A stretch of 64,000 bases of DNA from a virus. A model generated the notes under the pieces. The model was not told the DNA's origin, made no database searches, and saw only the letters and a program-made list of their open reading frames with translations. Each line of letters starts with the position of its first letter. Positions within the stretch are counted from its first letter, which is position 1. Shown one piece after another: positions 1 through 10,380 of this stretch. The stretch spans positions 30,521 through 94,520 of the IMG/VR virus record IMGVR_UViG_3300032323_003820; one strand, written 5' to 3'. The position numbers and the translations under genes are program-made.

Positions 1-2
1 TC

Positions 3-980
3 CCTAATGTATTACCTGTTGCAAACAATAAAGGTGGTTTTTTACATTTAGAGAAATTCGATTTTACCAAAACAAAAGATAAAAAGAAGACCTACACTGA
101 ACTTATTGAAGACATCGTAGTTTGTAAGTATTTGATTGAATATTCTATAATAAATCCCGAGAATGAACAAAATAGCTACACTGGTTTTGTCTTTCTCTAT
201 AAATTAAAACCTGACCAAAAAGTTAACTCTCAGGAATTGAAAGTTGATTCAAATGTTGACAATTTAAAATCTTTGATAATTTCAGAACCTTTCAGAGCAT
301 TGACACTCGACCAAACTGCCGAATTTATAAACGGGTTTATAAATGAAATTAATTCAAAGAATAAGTTCAAGGGTAGAGAATTATTTACTGATGAATCAGT
401 TAATAAGTTCCCTATTTTCTATAGACCCACACCTGACTTTTACAAGTTAGTTTCATCCAATCCATCTCCAACAACTGCAAACATAAGTTATCTATTTGCG
501 AACAAACTTTATAATAGAATAAAATTAAATGTTGAAACTCCAAATAGTGGGTATGGTTTGATATATGCACAAAATAAAGTAGGATTACCATACAAACTGA
601 ATAGAACTAATATTCAGAGCTACAAATACCCTAACAATCCTCAAACATTCGGAAGTCTTGCCGCAGATAAAGTTTTTTTACTTTCACAGGTTTCTTCAAT
701 TCCAGGTAAAGGAGTAATCAACTTTGATGGCACGGTTTATGGTATTTCTGCAGATAAATACATCAAAGAAATTATACCGAAAACCTCAAGTTCAGTCAGG
801 GGTGAAGAACTCATGGAATTATTGAACTTAATAGTTAGTTTTTTACTTACACATACCCACAACTATCCTATGTTGCCTCCGAACCCAAAATCTTATGCTG
901 GTGTTACAGCTGAAGATGTACTGACAGAGATACAAAATGCAACAAATAAAATTCTTAATGCCAATATAAGATTGAATTGA
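3..980 (+). CDS. Partial (5'-truncated) baseplate hub/spike-like protein
   Basis: Frame is open from the window edge into the 132..980 ORF; C-terminal THTH (HxH) motif as in phage spike tips. Confidence 0.5.
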   Translation, partial: PNVLPVANNKGGFLHLEKFDFTKTKDKKKTYTELIEDIVVCKYLIEYSIINPENEQNSYTGFVFLYKLKPDQKVNSQELKVDSNVDNLKSLIISEPFRALTLDQTAEFINGFINEINSKNKFKGRELFTDESVNKFPIFYRPTPDFYKLVSSNPSPTTANISYLFANKLYNRIKLNVETPNSGYGLIYAQNKVGLPYKLNRTNIQSYKYPNNPQTFGSLAADKVFLLSQVSSIPGKGVINFDGTVYGISADKYIKEIIPKTSSSVRGEELMELLNLIVSFLLTHTHNYPMLPPNPKSYAGVTAEDVLTEIQNATNKILNANIRLN

Positions 981-987
981 TATTTAT
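981..987 (+). promoter_or_regulatory. Putative phage late promoter motif TATTTAT (representative copy)
   Basis: Same heptamer recurs a short distance upstream of about 20 structural or cargo-type genes on both strands. Confidence 0.6.
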
Positions 988-999
988 GTAAAAAGATAA

Positions 1000-2502
1000 A
1001 TGTCAATACTTAGGTCATACGTTAATAGAAATAACACAATAATTTCAAATTCATATGCAAATACGGCACGAAATCCCGTTATGCAGTTGAATTTTGGTTC
1101 TTCGGATTTAATTGCTCCAAGTTACGGTTATACCAGATTTATATTTGATTTGGATTTAGATTATTTGAGACAACAAATACAAACCGGATATATTTCAACA
1201 GGTTGTACTACAGGTATGACCCATATTTTCCAAATGACAAATACATCATCTTTTGATGAGGATTTGATTAACGAAGATATGAGTGATGGTAAAAGAAGAG
1301 CATCTTCATTCGATTTGATTTTGTTCAGAATACCTAAAACCTCGGGAACAACTGGTAACACTCAACCTTGGGACGAGGGTGTAGGCTACGATTATACAGA
1401 ATCAAATAAAAACCAAAATGGTTTGATGGGTGGATTATATCCAATTACATATGTAGACCCGAGGTCATATTCAGACAGACCTTCAAATTGGTATTTAACC
1501 ACAAATGTATCAGAGTGGTCACAAGAGGGAATATACAACAACAGAAATTCGGGTGTTGTAAATTATTCCGCACTTACCATTGTAGATAGACAACACTTTG
1601 AATTTGGTAATGAAGATATCAATTTCGATATGAGTGATGAAATCAACAATATCTTATTCGGGAACTTGACGGGTGTCACAGGATGGGGAATTGCATATCT
1701 ACCTGATGTTGAAAATATAAGTGGATTATCTATTTCTTATAGTGTTGGATTCTTTACGAGACACACTCAGACTTTCTATCAACCATTCTTACAAACAACG
1801 TATGATGACTTGATTAAAGACGACAGAAATACGTTTGTCAAAAATCAAACTAATAATTTATACTTATACATTTATCAAAATGGTGTACCTGTAAATTTAG
1901 ATAATTTACCAACAGTCAGAATTGAAGATAGATTGGGTGACCCTGTTTCAGGTATGACATCATTATCTACATGTTTAAGAACGAAAGGGGTTTATGAAGT
2001 TACAGTTCCAAATGGTTTTACGGGATATTCATCACCTTGTGAATTTTATGATATATGGTCAGGATTAACTTTGAATGGACAATCTTTATCAAACGTTCAA
2101 AATCAATTCGTACTTCAAGATTATTCTGCTAGAGTACAAATAGGTACAAACACTAAAGAACCTGAAAAATTTGGATTCGACTTTTACGGAATATTACAAA
2201 ATGAAAAAATATTGAACACTGATATCAGAAAAGTTGGTGTAACTATTAAAAAGTCTTACAGTACACAACAACTATTACAGAACTTAGAATCTTTTTATCG
2301 TATCTACGTTAGAGAAGGTAATACTGAAGTTCAAGTTCAAGATTGGACCCCAATTAATAGGACACCTAATGAATATTATTTCATGTTTGATACAAGAGAT
2401 AAGATTCCTAACCAATACTATGTTGATATCAAAGTTAACATAAGTGGTGATGTAGATACTTATAAGAAACAATTAACATTTCAAATTGTTAACAAAAAAT
2501 GA
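1000..2502 (+). CDS. Virion structural protein (tail/baseplate-associated, beta-rich)
   Basis: 500 aa, T/G/N/Y-rich, TATTTAT upstream, follows spike-like gene. Confidence 0.45.
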   Translation: MSILRSYVNRNNTIISNSYANTARNPVMQLNFGSSDLIAPSYGYTRFIFDLDLDYLRQQIQTGYISTGCTTGMTHIFQMTNTSSFDEDLINEDMSDGKRRASSFDLILFRIPKTSGTTGNTQPWDEGVGYDYTESNKNQNGLMGGLYPITYVDPRSYSDRPSNWYLTTNVSEWSQEGIYNNRNSGVVNYSALTIVDRQHFEFGNEDINFDMSDEINNILFGNLTGVTGWGIAYLPDVENISGLSISYSVGFFTRHTQTFYQPFLQTTYDDLIKDDRNTFVKNQTNNLYLYIYQNGVPVNLDNLPTVRIEDRLGDPVSGMTSLSTCLRTKGVYEVTVPNGFTGYSSPCEFYDIWSGLTLNGQSLSNVQNQFVLQDYSARVQIGTNTKEPEKFGFDFYGILQNEKILNTDIRKVGVTIKKSYSTQQLLQNLESFYRIYVREGNTEVQVQDWTPINRTPNEYYFMFDTRDKIPNQYYVDIKVNISGDVDTYKKQLTFQIVNKK

Positions 2503-3251
2503 AAAATAAATTAAATGAACAAGTAAAAGCTCAAGCTAGTCCAAACAAAAATGTTATTATAAACGGACAGGAGTATAAGTTAGAAGTAAAGAAAGGCTTT
2601 GGATGGATGGGTGTAAATGTCGATAAACTTGTCCCAACCAAAGACGGATGGCAGGTTACTGCAAGTAAATTAGGAATGAGTCAGACAGACGTAGTTCCTC
2701 AAGATACGATAAATATAGTTGCAAAAAACATAGGACAACCCATGATAGATTTAGGAGGGAAAACACCAAAAAGATTGGTGAAAGTCAACGAAAATAAGGT
2801 TGTAAAATTTACAGAAAAAGACCTAACTAATATTGTGAGTAAAGTTCTTAAAGAACAAAAAGAGAATTATATGTTCTTCTCTAATTTGATGCAAATTAGA
2901 AGACAATGTGATATGATGTTAAAAATGGACCATGAACAAATCGACCAAATCATACAAGATGGTCATGATTGGGCGGATGACCATGTAAGTGAGGCTAAAA
3001 CGAACTTAGACCAAGTTTTTGATTTCTTTATGAACGAGACAAGGAAAAGAGAAAGTTATGCAGAATTTGAAGAACTAAGTGAAGGAAAGAAAAAAACAGG
3101 AAGTAAGCTATGTTCTAGAGGTAAGGCCGCTGCTAAATCTAAATTCAAAGTATATCCTTCAGCTTATGCAAATGGATATGCGGTACAAGTCTGTAAAGGA
3201 AAAATCAAAGGGTTGGACGGAAAAAAACAATGTTCAGGAACCTATTGTTAA
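2499..3251 (+). CDS. Putative internal head protein with basic Cys-containing C-terminal module (YPSAYANG)
   Basis: Multiple L/VxE sites (KLNEQ, KVNEN, VLKEQ, ELSEG) and Lys-rich C-terminus. Confidence 0.45.
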   Translation: MKNKLNEQVKAQASPNKNVIINGQEYKLEVKKGFGWMGVNVDKLVPTKDGWQVTASKLGMSQTDVVPQDTINIVAKNIGQPMIDLGGKTPKRLVKVNENKVVKFTEKDLTNIVSKVLKEQKENYMFFSNLMQIRRQCDMMLKMDHEQIDQIIQDGHDWADDHVSEAKTNLDQVFDFFMNETRKRESYAEFEELSEGKKKTGSKLCSRGKAAAKSKFKVYPSAYANGYAVQVCKGKIKGLDGKKQCSGTYC

Positions 3252-3278
3252 TCTAATAGAAATTATTATATTTTTGAA

Positions 3279-3686
3279 ATGAAGGTCAATAAACCATTAG
3301 GATTACTTTTTAGGGTTTATCTTCATCTCAGAGATAAATTCAATCCTAAACCAATAATTTCAGAAGAAGAAAGATATGCAATTTCTATTGCAAAAAATCT
3401 TATTGTTACACCCACAACTAAACTTTTGTTTGCACCAATCTCGAACAAAAGATTTATACATAACGACGAAAAAAACATCTATATTGTAGGTGAAGCTAGA
3501 AATCTAACAATTATTAACCACACGTATAGCTATAACATTTATATAGAAAGTGATGAACTATACGAGTCTTTCGTAAATGAATTTAACGAAGAAATGGAAA
3601 CAAGGAGGTTAATTTTGGAAAACGAAATAAAAAATAATATAAAGTACTCACTCAAAAATATATTAGATACCGTCTCGTCTTCTTAA
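3279..3686 (+). CDS. Hypothetical protein
   Basis: 135 aa ORF; TATTTTTG host-type element at 3269-3276. Confidence 0.6.
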   Translation: MKVNKPLGLLFRVYLHLRDKFNPKPIISEEERYAISIAKNLIVTPTTKLLFAPISNKRFIHNDEKNIYIVGEARNLTIINHTYSYNIYIESDELYESFVNEFNEEMETRRLILENEIKNNIKYSLKNILDTVSSS

Positions 3687-4364
3687 ATTTTCTTTTAATA
3701 CTTTTTTTATCAATTCCCTCACTGATTCATTTTTCTTTTTTGGTTTGTAAGAAACCATTTTCGGTTTGTTACCCGTCCCTGATTTGGGATTTGTTTTCTC
3801 AGCCTTTCTTTTTTGGGCACATGCTGATTTTTTTTGTGAATCTGTCATCTTCGATGCAACACTTCTAGCCCTACATTTCGGGTATCCCTTACTTTCCGCC
3901 TCTGACCTTCCACATGGTGGATGACCGCCACCTTCTTTTTTTCTACAAATATTAACCCACGGTCCTTGAGGTTGTGAACTACCCTTTTTCTTTTTCTTAG
4001 TACCAAACCATACCGCTAAATCTTCTTTCAAAAAACTAACCTCTTTAGGTGGTAGACCTGAAGATGTAGGATTTAGTGCGCTTCCTTCTTCGTCATTTTG
4101 ACCTGTATAAAATTTTTTCAGATACATAGTTGTGTTTGATAACTTTTTAGTTCTTCTTTCGATAGACGCCCTTTTTTCTGGTGATTCTTTAAAATCTCCA
4201 TCAGCTTCTTCGTATGCCAACTCAGCATTAGTATAATTATACACAGGTTCTGTAAAAGGTCCCAGTTGGTCTTCCTCCCATTTTTGAGGGGCTAGTACTA
4301 TTGGTACTTTAAATTTACCTGAGCTTCCTGAGCTTGTGGCTTCACTGATTCTATTTTTTTTCAT
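3663..4364 (-). CDS. Putative internal head protein with basic Cys-containing module
   Basis: MKKNRISE leader, FLKE-DLAVWF, Lys-rich Cys module, TATTTAT at 4370-4376. Confidence 0.5.
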   Translation of the reverse strand: MKKNRISEATSSGSSGKFKVPIVLAPQKWEEDQLGPFTEPVYNYTNAELAYEEADGDFKESPEKRASIERRTKKLSNTTMYLKKFYTGQNDEEGSALNPTSSGLPPKEVSFLKEDLAVWFGTKKKKKGSSQPQGPWVNICRKKEGGGHPPCGRSEAESKGYPKCRARSVASKMTDSQKKSACAQKRKAEKTNPKSGTGNKPKMVSYKPKKKNESVRELIKKVLKENLRRRDGI

Positions 4365-4391
4365 ATATTATAAATATCTTAATTAGAAAGT

Positions 4392-4655
4392 ATGGAGAAA
4401 GAACAACCACAAGGTTTTTTATTTGATAGTATTGCATTTTATTCTGAAGAGTCTGTCGAAAATATGATTAATAATTTAGACAAAAAAACGGTATATTATG
4501 TCCTAACTCAAGCATTGGCATATGCTCACACAAAAAATGTTTTTTCACTCACTGAATCAGAAATAATTTCCAAGTCTTTGAGGATACTTAATAAAGAAAT
4601 ATATTCTTATGATGACACAACAGGACAAAACGCAAGTAATATCGAGAATAATTGA
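4392..4655 (+). CDS. Hypothetical protein
   Basis: 87 aa ORF with phage-like composition. Confidence 0.55.
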   Translation: MEKEQPQGFLFDSIAFYSEESVENMINNLDKKTVYYVLTQALAYAHTKNVFSLTESEIISKSLRILNKEIYSYDDTTGQNASNIENN

Positions 4656-4824
4656 GTTAGAATTAGAAATCACTCGTGCTGTGATAAGTGGACACAAACC
4701 AAGTGGTAATGATAAATTCGAAGATAAAAGACAGGAGTTAACTCTACTACGTTGTTTGTATTTTGGATATCGAACAAAATTTTGTAATATAAAAAAGGGG
4801 TTTCATGGAACCCCTTTTTCTTAG
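4609..4824 (+). CDS. Hypothetical protein
   Basis: 71 aa ORF ending at a terminator. Confidence 0.45.
   Translation: MMTQQDKTQVISRIIELELEITRAVISGHKPSGNDKFEDKRQELTLLRCLYFGYRTKFCNIKKGFHGTPFS
4791..4819. terminator. Intrinsic terminator (bidirectional form)
   Basis: A-tract GGGGTT..AACCCC T-tract. Confidence 0.7.
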
Positions 4825-4888
4825 AATTATTTTCAGAAAAAAATAGGTTAATTATTTTTTAATTTTTATTTTTGCTGAAATAACTTGT

Positions 4889-5266
4889 ATGATTAAATCA
4901 ATAATCCTTTTATTTTGGATTTTAAACCCCCTTTTTACCCGTTCTCAGTCAATTGAGTATATTGGACCAATCAACTCGGAATTAACTAAAATAATGACAC
5001 CTAATGAGCTCCTGTTGTATTCTGAATGTATTGTTGCAATTGGTAAAGAAAGAGAACATCTGAAATGGGTTGATTTGAAAACTCAAACATTATTTGTAAA
5101 CAATCCAAAAAATTTTACACACCTTTCAGTTTCAATAAATTCTATTGATAGGATTACTGAATTAAAATACAACAGAGGCAAACAAAGGTTGGGTGAAGAA
5201 AAAGTTCTTTTTTCTCTAAACAGAAGTACAAATAGAAGTTCAGTTGAAGTTTTTCTATTCTATTGA
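4889..5266 (+). CDS. Hypothetical secreted protein
   Basis: N-terminal hydrophobic signal-like segment. Confidence 0.5.
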   Translation: MIKSIILLFWILNPLFTRSQSIEYIGPINSELTKIMTPNELLLYSECIVAIGKEREHLKWVDLKTQTLFVNNPKNFTHLSVSINSIDRITELKYNRGKQRLGEEKVLFSLNRSTNRSSVEVFLFY

Positions 5267-6528
5267 GGAGTTGTATTCAACAAATTTTCGAGTTTTTTCA
5301 AATCTTTTCTTGTTACATTATAATCTTTCACAAAATCTTTCCATGTTGTCCCTTGAAGATTTTTATAACGTCTAAACTCTACCATTTTATCAGGAGGAAA
5401 ATTAAAAACACCATTTTCAACGAACTTGTATAGTTGAATCAAAGTTTTGGGGTCGACACCTTCTTCAGTATATTTCAAATCAAATGCTGGAATATTTTTG
5501 ACTATTGGTGCTTGCACTTTTTTTTCAGGGTCATAAATTGAAATTACTTGTCCACATTTGTTCAGTTTCAGGAGTTCAACAGGTTGCTCTGTATTTTTCA
5601 AACTTTTTCCTGCTGTTATAAAAGTGGGTTCTAATAACACGTCACCGTTTGTATTTATAATTGTAATGTGGGCAGGGTCACTATGACACTTGGTCAATGC
5701 ACACCCAAAAGTTAATGAAATTTCATCAGGATTCTTGGATAGTATATTTTTTTTCTGTTCTTCTGAAACAAACAATTTGACCTCTACTGAAGGACCGCTC
5801 GTTTCCTTACCTGTACCATTATTCAAATTTATACTCGAGTCTCCTTTTTCAGTGGTTAGTTGAATTCCATTTGCCCACATATAAAAAACAGCCTCGTTAC
5901 ATTTATGACATCTACTTTCATCCACATCAGGTTTACACCATTCCTTTTTGTAATCAACAATAATGTAAAAACCTAAATCACAGAATTCTTCTTCCTTTTC
6001 TGCCGATGTCAAAATATTGAATGACACATATTGCCAACGTGTATATCTATCTTGAGAAGCTAAAGCCTTAATTTGGTCTGTTGTTGAATTTTCAGGTGGG
6101 TTCCAATCAGGACCTTGAGCTCCTAAATCTTTCAAAACAATTTTAACATTCTGAGGTAATTTTCCTTTGAGGTATTTTTCCATTTGTTCACCTCTTTTTT
6201 TGGAAAGTTCACCTGTTTTCAAACTTACTCCTCTGTTAGGAACTTTAGATTCAGATGATTCAATTTCGACTTCAATTTTCTGATTCTTTGGAAATTCTTT
6301 GAGATATTCATTCATTTGACTAATAACCTCATTCACAGCTTCTTTATTGAAATTAACATAGTCTCCACTTACAAAAGTATTATTCGGTAAAGTAAATCTT
6401 TTTGGTTCTGACTTTACAGTTTTTAATGTTTGTTCATTTAGAAGATAATGTCTTTTAGTCGCAGACTTATGACTTTCAAGAATTCTATTATATTCTTGAG
6501 CATCTATATTGAATAATGAGTTGAACAT
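5260..6528 (-). CDS. Putative virion protein with degenerate OmpA C-like domain
   Basis: IEVEIESSES..LSKKRG..RWQYVSF pattern; LLNEQ site; likely start MFNSLF at 6528. Confidence 0.45.
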   Translation of the reverse strand: MFNSLFNIDAQEYNRILESHKSATKRHYLLNEQTLKTVKSEPKRFTLPNNTFVSGDYVNFNKEAVNEVISQMNEYLKEFPKNQKIEVEIESSESKVPNRGVSLKTGELSKKRGEQMEKYLKGKLPQNVKIVLKDLGAQGPDWNPPENSTTDQIKALASQDRYTRWQYVSFNILTSAEKEEEFCDLGFYIIVDYKKEWCKPDVDESRCHKCNEAVFYMWANGIQLTTEKGDSSINLNNGTGKETSGPSVEVKLFVSEEQKKNILSKNPDEISLTFGCALTKCHSDPAHITIINTNGDVLLEPTFITAGKSLKNTEQPVELLKLNKCGQVISIYDPEKKVQAPIVKNIPAFDLKYTEEGVDPKTLIQLYKFVENGVFNFPPDKMVEFRRYKNLQGTTWKDFVKDYNVTRKDLKKLENLLNTTPQ

Positions 6529-6575
6529 CGTGATAAAATATATTACAATAAGTATCATTATTTTATAATATAAAT

Positions 6576-6607
6576 AAAAAAAGGGGACAATAAACATTGT
6601 CCCCTTT
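6576..6607 (-). terminator. Terminator downstream of major capsid gene
   Basis: GGGGACAAT/ATTGTCCCC hairpin with tract. Confidence 0.75.
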
Positions 6608-6627
6608 GTATTTTGGTTCAGACCATA

Positions 6628-8427
6628 TTATCTCAACTCTTTCAAATCGAATGTTCTAACACCATCAACTGTAACTCTACCATAGAAACGGTTGTTAACC
6701 ATTTTCTTAGCGTATCTAGTCATGATACCCTTGATAGGTGTGAAGTTGAATGGATTATACATTGTTGGAGTAAGTTGTAAAGGTACATATGGTGCGTAGA
6801 TGTAACCAGTGTCTAATAGAGACGTTCCTTTGTGACCAAGAAGAACTTGGTTAGCTGGGAAGTAAGGGTCTCTATACACCTGATAACGACCTGCAAGTGT
6901 ACCGATTCTTTCGATACCCATATTGTATTGGTCTTGCTCAGGAGCCGCGTTAGAAACGTGGAAATACTCTAAATCATCAAAAATCGCAGAAATTTCAGAA
7001 GACACTACAATCCAGTTAGCACCACCTCTAAGAGTTGATTTGTGAATTTGTGCTGAAATTTGGTTGATTGCTGTGATAAGAGTTTGGTTCCAGTCTTTCT
7101 GAGTATAAGGAACAGCGTTAGTTCCCAATCTCTTCCAACCGTTGTAATCCCATCTTAAGTTCCATGCTGCACCTTTTCTAAGGTCTCTCAAGATTTCTCT
7201 ATCGATTTCAGCTGCAACTTGCTCAGACAATAAAGCTGTCAATTCAGCTTCAGCGTCGATGTTGTGGAAAGCCGCAACGTCTTGTGCCATTTCTGGAGAC
7301 CACTGTGCTCTTAATTTTCTTTCAGTTACAGAAACTGTCACTGATTGAAGGTCGAAAGATACCTCACCAATTCTATCTTCGAATTCAAGGTTCTTATAAA
7401 TTCTATATACAGGAACAAACGCATCGTTGTTAGTTACATCCGATTCAAAAGTAGAACCTGAATAACCATCAAGTGAGTTTTGTCCAACAGTACAAGGAAC
7501 TTGTAAGTCAACTTCCAAATAGATGTTACCGTCAACATCACAAAGGTTATCATATTGACCACCACCTGTTCTAGAGTTCGGGAAAATTGCTTCAGCGTTG
7601 TTGTTACCATACTGAACGATTCCTTTACCGTATCTTTGAGTTACAACTCTGAAAAGATAAGGATTAGAAGTGTTTGCTGAAGTATAAACGTTTCCAGTTG
7701 CACCATAGATAGTCAAATCAGATAAGAATGATTCGTTATCGATTGGGTTACCATCTGGACCGATTAACTTACCAGCAGCTACTGTTGCGAAACCAGACAT
7801 GATGATAAGAACTTTTCTGTACGCGTCTACTGTGTAAGCTGAAGGTACTAAATTCAATGTTGTAGAATTCCAAGCTGCAGTTACTGCAGTACCTGTTATT
7901 GCAGAAAACTGACCTTTTGAATAATCAAACAAACCTGGTGGGTCTAATGCTGGTTCATTACCTTCGTAAAATCTATCATAAAGGTCTCTACCTTCATTAT
8001 AGTTATAACCTTCATTTGGTGTTTGACCTGCCTCCGCGTTTGGAGAACCGTAAGGTGCGTAGTGTCTGTTAGGTACACCTGTGTCTACGTAATTTTGAAT
8101 TTGAGGTACAAAATAGAACAATTTACCGATAGGTAAGTTCATTGCTTGTACAGATACGATGTCGTTAGCCAATAACTTAGAGAATACTCTTCTGATAATT
8201 GGAAATACAACTGTTTCGAAAGAACCTGTGTCAGAAGTTGTTGAAGCTTCGTTTATCAAGTGTGAAGCTTGGTTTTCATACAACTGAGCTACGTTCTCTT
8301 TCATGTGACCCTTAAGTCCTTCTAGGAAACCTAAGTTGTCCCATTTGTTAATTGTGTCTTCTTTGATAACTTTAAGGTGCTTAAGACCAATATTACCAAC
8401 AAGACCTGATTCTAATAAAGCTCCCAT
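6628..8427 (-). CDS. Major capsid protein (T4 gp23-like) with central insertion
   Basis: VSVQAMNLPIGKLFY, RKLRAQWSPEMAQD, EIDREIL, GYIYAPYVPL, GIMTRYA motifs. Confidence 0.95.
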   Translation of the reverse strand: MGALLESGLVGNIGLKHLKVIKEDTINKWDNLGFLEGLKGHMKENVAQLYENQASHLINEASTTSDTGSFETVVFPIIRRVFSKLLANDIVSVQAMNLPIGKLFYFVPQIQNYVDTGVPNRHYAPYGSPNAEAGQTPNEGYNYNEGRDLYDRFYEGNEPALDPPGLFDYSKGQFSAITGTAVTAAWNSTTLNLVPSAYTVDAYRKVLIIMSGFATVAAGKLIGPDGNPIDNESFLSDLTIYGATGNVYTSANTSNPYLFRVVTQRYGKGIVQYGNNNAEAIFPNSRTGGGQYDNLCDVDGNIYLEVDLQVPCTVGQNSLDGYSGSTFESDVTNNDAFVPVYRIYKNLEFEDRIGEVSFDLQSVTVSVTERKLRAQWSPEMAQDVAAFHNIDAEAELTALLSEQVAAEIDREILRDLRKGAAWNLRWDYNGWKRLGTNAVPYTQKDWNQTLITAINQISAQIHKSTLRGGANWIVVSSEISAIFDDLEYFHVSNAAPEQDQYNMGIERIGTLAGRYQVYRDPYFPANQVLLGHKGTSLLDTGYIYAPYVPLQLTPTMYNPFNFTPIKGIMTRYAKKMVNNRFYGRVTVDGVRTFDLKELR

Positions 8428-8457
8428 TTTTGTGAATTTTATTTTTCTTGTTTATTT

Positions 8458-10035
8458 TTATTTTATTTTACTCATTAAGTCCTTAATTCTTAAGAATTGA
8501 GGTGCTTCGTAAGTCTTATTTTCAATAAGTGTTGTTGAAGAGCCTGTTTGTACATTTTGTACTAACTTATTCTCAACTGTCTCATTGATTGATTTTGTTT
8601 CAGTTTGAGTCAATTCATCTTTAACTGCTCTGTAAAGAGATTTAGATTCTTTCAAAGATTGAACATTATCAAACCTTCTCAAAATATTTATCTTTTCCTT
8701 TTTAGTTGTTGAATGTTCAGTAAAGATTCTAGTTGCATATGCTAAGTTAGAGTTGAATATTGCTACTTCGTTCAATTTTTCTCTGAAGACATTTAGAGCT
8801 TTTCTATATTCTTCATTCTTTTCTCTCAAAGCAACAACTTCAGTTTCTAAAGATTCGTTCTTTAAATTTCTATTGTTAGTAATTCCTTTTCTCAAACCTT
8901 TAGGTCCAAATGCATATCCTCTAGCAGCTTCTTTAGTTTCAACCTTTTTTACTACTTTGGATTTTGCTTCCATGTTTTCACCCTTCTTGTATTCGAATTT
9001 AGCCTTTCCAGTACCCATAGTTTTAGGACCTTCTTTTTTGTCTTCTTTAAATCCACCAGAAACTTTGTTCTTGTAAGTGAATTTAGGACCTGAGCCAATT
9101 CCAACACCTTTAGGTTTTATGGATTTTTTTCCTTCTTTTGTTTCTTTTTTCTTAGCCTTTTTATGACTATATGATTCCATCATTTCCTCTTCGTCATCAA
9201 ATTCCATCATTTCCTCTTCGTCATCAGATTCCATCATTTCCTCTTCGTCATCAAATTCCATCATTTCCTCTTCGTCATCAGATTCCATCATTTCCTCTTC
9301 GTCATCAGATTCCATCATTTCCTCTTCGTCATCAGATTCCATCATTTCATCTTCGTCATCAGATTCCATCATTTCGTCTTCGTCATCAGATTCCATCATT
9401 TCGTCTTCATCCTCTTCGTTGAATTCAATTTCATAGACAACTTCTTCTTCAGAATCATCAACATTCATTTCAACATCAGATTCTAAATCTGACATGTTTG
9501 GTTCGTCGGAAAAAATTGCGTCAATTACATCTTGAACTTTTTCGTCAGATACTTCTTCGTTATATTCCATAGTTTCGTAGTTTTCTTCATAGGATTCTCC
9601 TAATTTTATAAGATACTCTGCATCTTGTTTGTTGTCTTTGAGATGAACCATTTCATCATCTTTTTTTACGATGATTCCATCGTCTTCACCCATAGCTTTA
9701 AATACTCTAAGTATTTCTTCGTCGGATGCAGATGTCAAATCAATTGGTTCTTCCATTTCAGAATCTCCACTTGCGTCGAAATCAACTTCAACATCTTCCT
9801 CACCCTCTTCATCATCGGATGACATGTCTAAGTCAACATCAACTTCCTCTTCGGAATCAACATTGTCAGTGTCTAACTCTTCTTCGTCTTGTTCAGATAA
9901 AGACTCTTTTACTAATTGGCTGATTTCTTCCTTCATAGTAGAAGCAAGTATTCCTTTTGCATTTTCGGCAATAACATCTTCAACATTTTTCATTTGAATG
10001 AGTGCCTCTTCAACAAGATTTTTGTTTTCTTGCAT
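8458..10035 (-). CDS. Prohead scaffold/core protein (gp22-like)
   Basis: Highly acidic, coiled-coil C-terminus, between protease and capsid; likely start MQENK at 10035. Confidence 0.8.
   Translation of the reverse strand: MQENKNLVEEALIQMKNVEDVIAENAKGILASTMKEEISQLVKESLSEQDEEELDTDNVDSEEEVDVDLDMSSDDEEGEEDVEVDFDASGDSEMEEPIDLTSASDEEILRVFKAMGEDDGIIVKKDDEMVHLKDNKQDAEYLIKLGESYEENYETMEYNEEVSDEKVQDVIDAIFSDEPNMSDLESDVEMNVDDSEEEVVYEIEFNEEDEDEMMESDDEDEMMESDDEDEMMESDDEEEMMESDDEEEMMESDDEEEMMEFDDEEEMMESDDEEEMMEFDDEEEMMESYSHKKAKKKETKEGKKSIKPKGVGIGSGPKFTYKNKVSGGFKEDKKEGPKTMGTGKAKFEYKKGENMEAKSKVVKKVETKEAARGYAFGPKGLRKGITNNRNLKNESLETEVVALREKNEEYRKALNVFREKLNEVAIFNSNLAYATRIFTEHSTTKKEKINILRRFDNVQSLKESKSLYRAVKDELTQTETKSINETVENKLVQNVQTGSSTTLIENKTYEAPQFLRIKDLMSKIK
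9173..9411 (-). repeat. Nine tandem 27-bp coding repeats (DEEEMMESD)
   Basis: Unit GATTCCATCATTTCCTCTTCGTCATCA, contiguous, within scaffold gene. Confidence 0.95.
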
Positions 10036-10122
10036 AATTTTGATAATTTTATTCAATAAATAGTATCAAATACAAAAAAAGTTTTTATTATCTATCAGAA
10101 ATTCAAACTTTTATGTTTACGC

Positions 10123-10152
10123 AAAAAAAAAGTGGTCGAATTTGACCACTTT
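10123..10152 (-). terminator. Intrinsic terminator
   Basis: AGTGGTC/GACCACT hairpin with A-tract. Confidence 0.7.
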
Positions 10153-10161
10153 AAAATTTTA

Positions 10162-10374
10162 TTAATCTTCTACAACTTCATCTATTTTACTTTCGGAAAC
10201 TGAAGTTATTCTCCAATCGTATGAAAAATTTTTATAGAGTTTTGTAACCTTAGCTTCAATATCAGTGACAGTATAACCTTTCACTAATTTTTCTTCTCTG
10301 ATTTTTTTAATTTTACCACTATTCTCATCAGGTAAATCATAAGTGACTTTTGCCACAAAATATTTTTCGTTCAT
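10162..10374 (-). CDS. DUF4494-like small protein
   Basis: YFVAKVTY..KKIREEKLV..TDIEAKV pattern resembles the Bacteroidota family. Confidence 0.55.
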   Translation of the reverse strand: MNEKYFVAKVTYDLPDENSGKIKKIREEKLVKGYTVTDIEAKVTKLYKNFSYDWRITSVSESKIDEVVED

Positions 10375-10380
10375 GTTTAA

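Noticed and set aside
6628-8427. Intein in the long major capsid protein or terminase
   Set aside because: No C..HN splice junctions or LAGLIDADG motifs; the capsid insertion looks like a structural domain
9173-9411. Possible CRISPR array
   Set aside because: Repeats are contiguous without spacers and are in frame within the scaffold gene
9171-9422. Repetitive plus-strand ORF (IPSFPLRHQ)n
   Set aside because: Antisense shadow of the scaffold repeat
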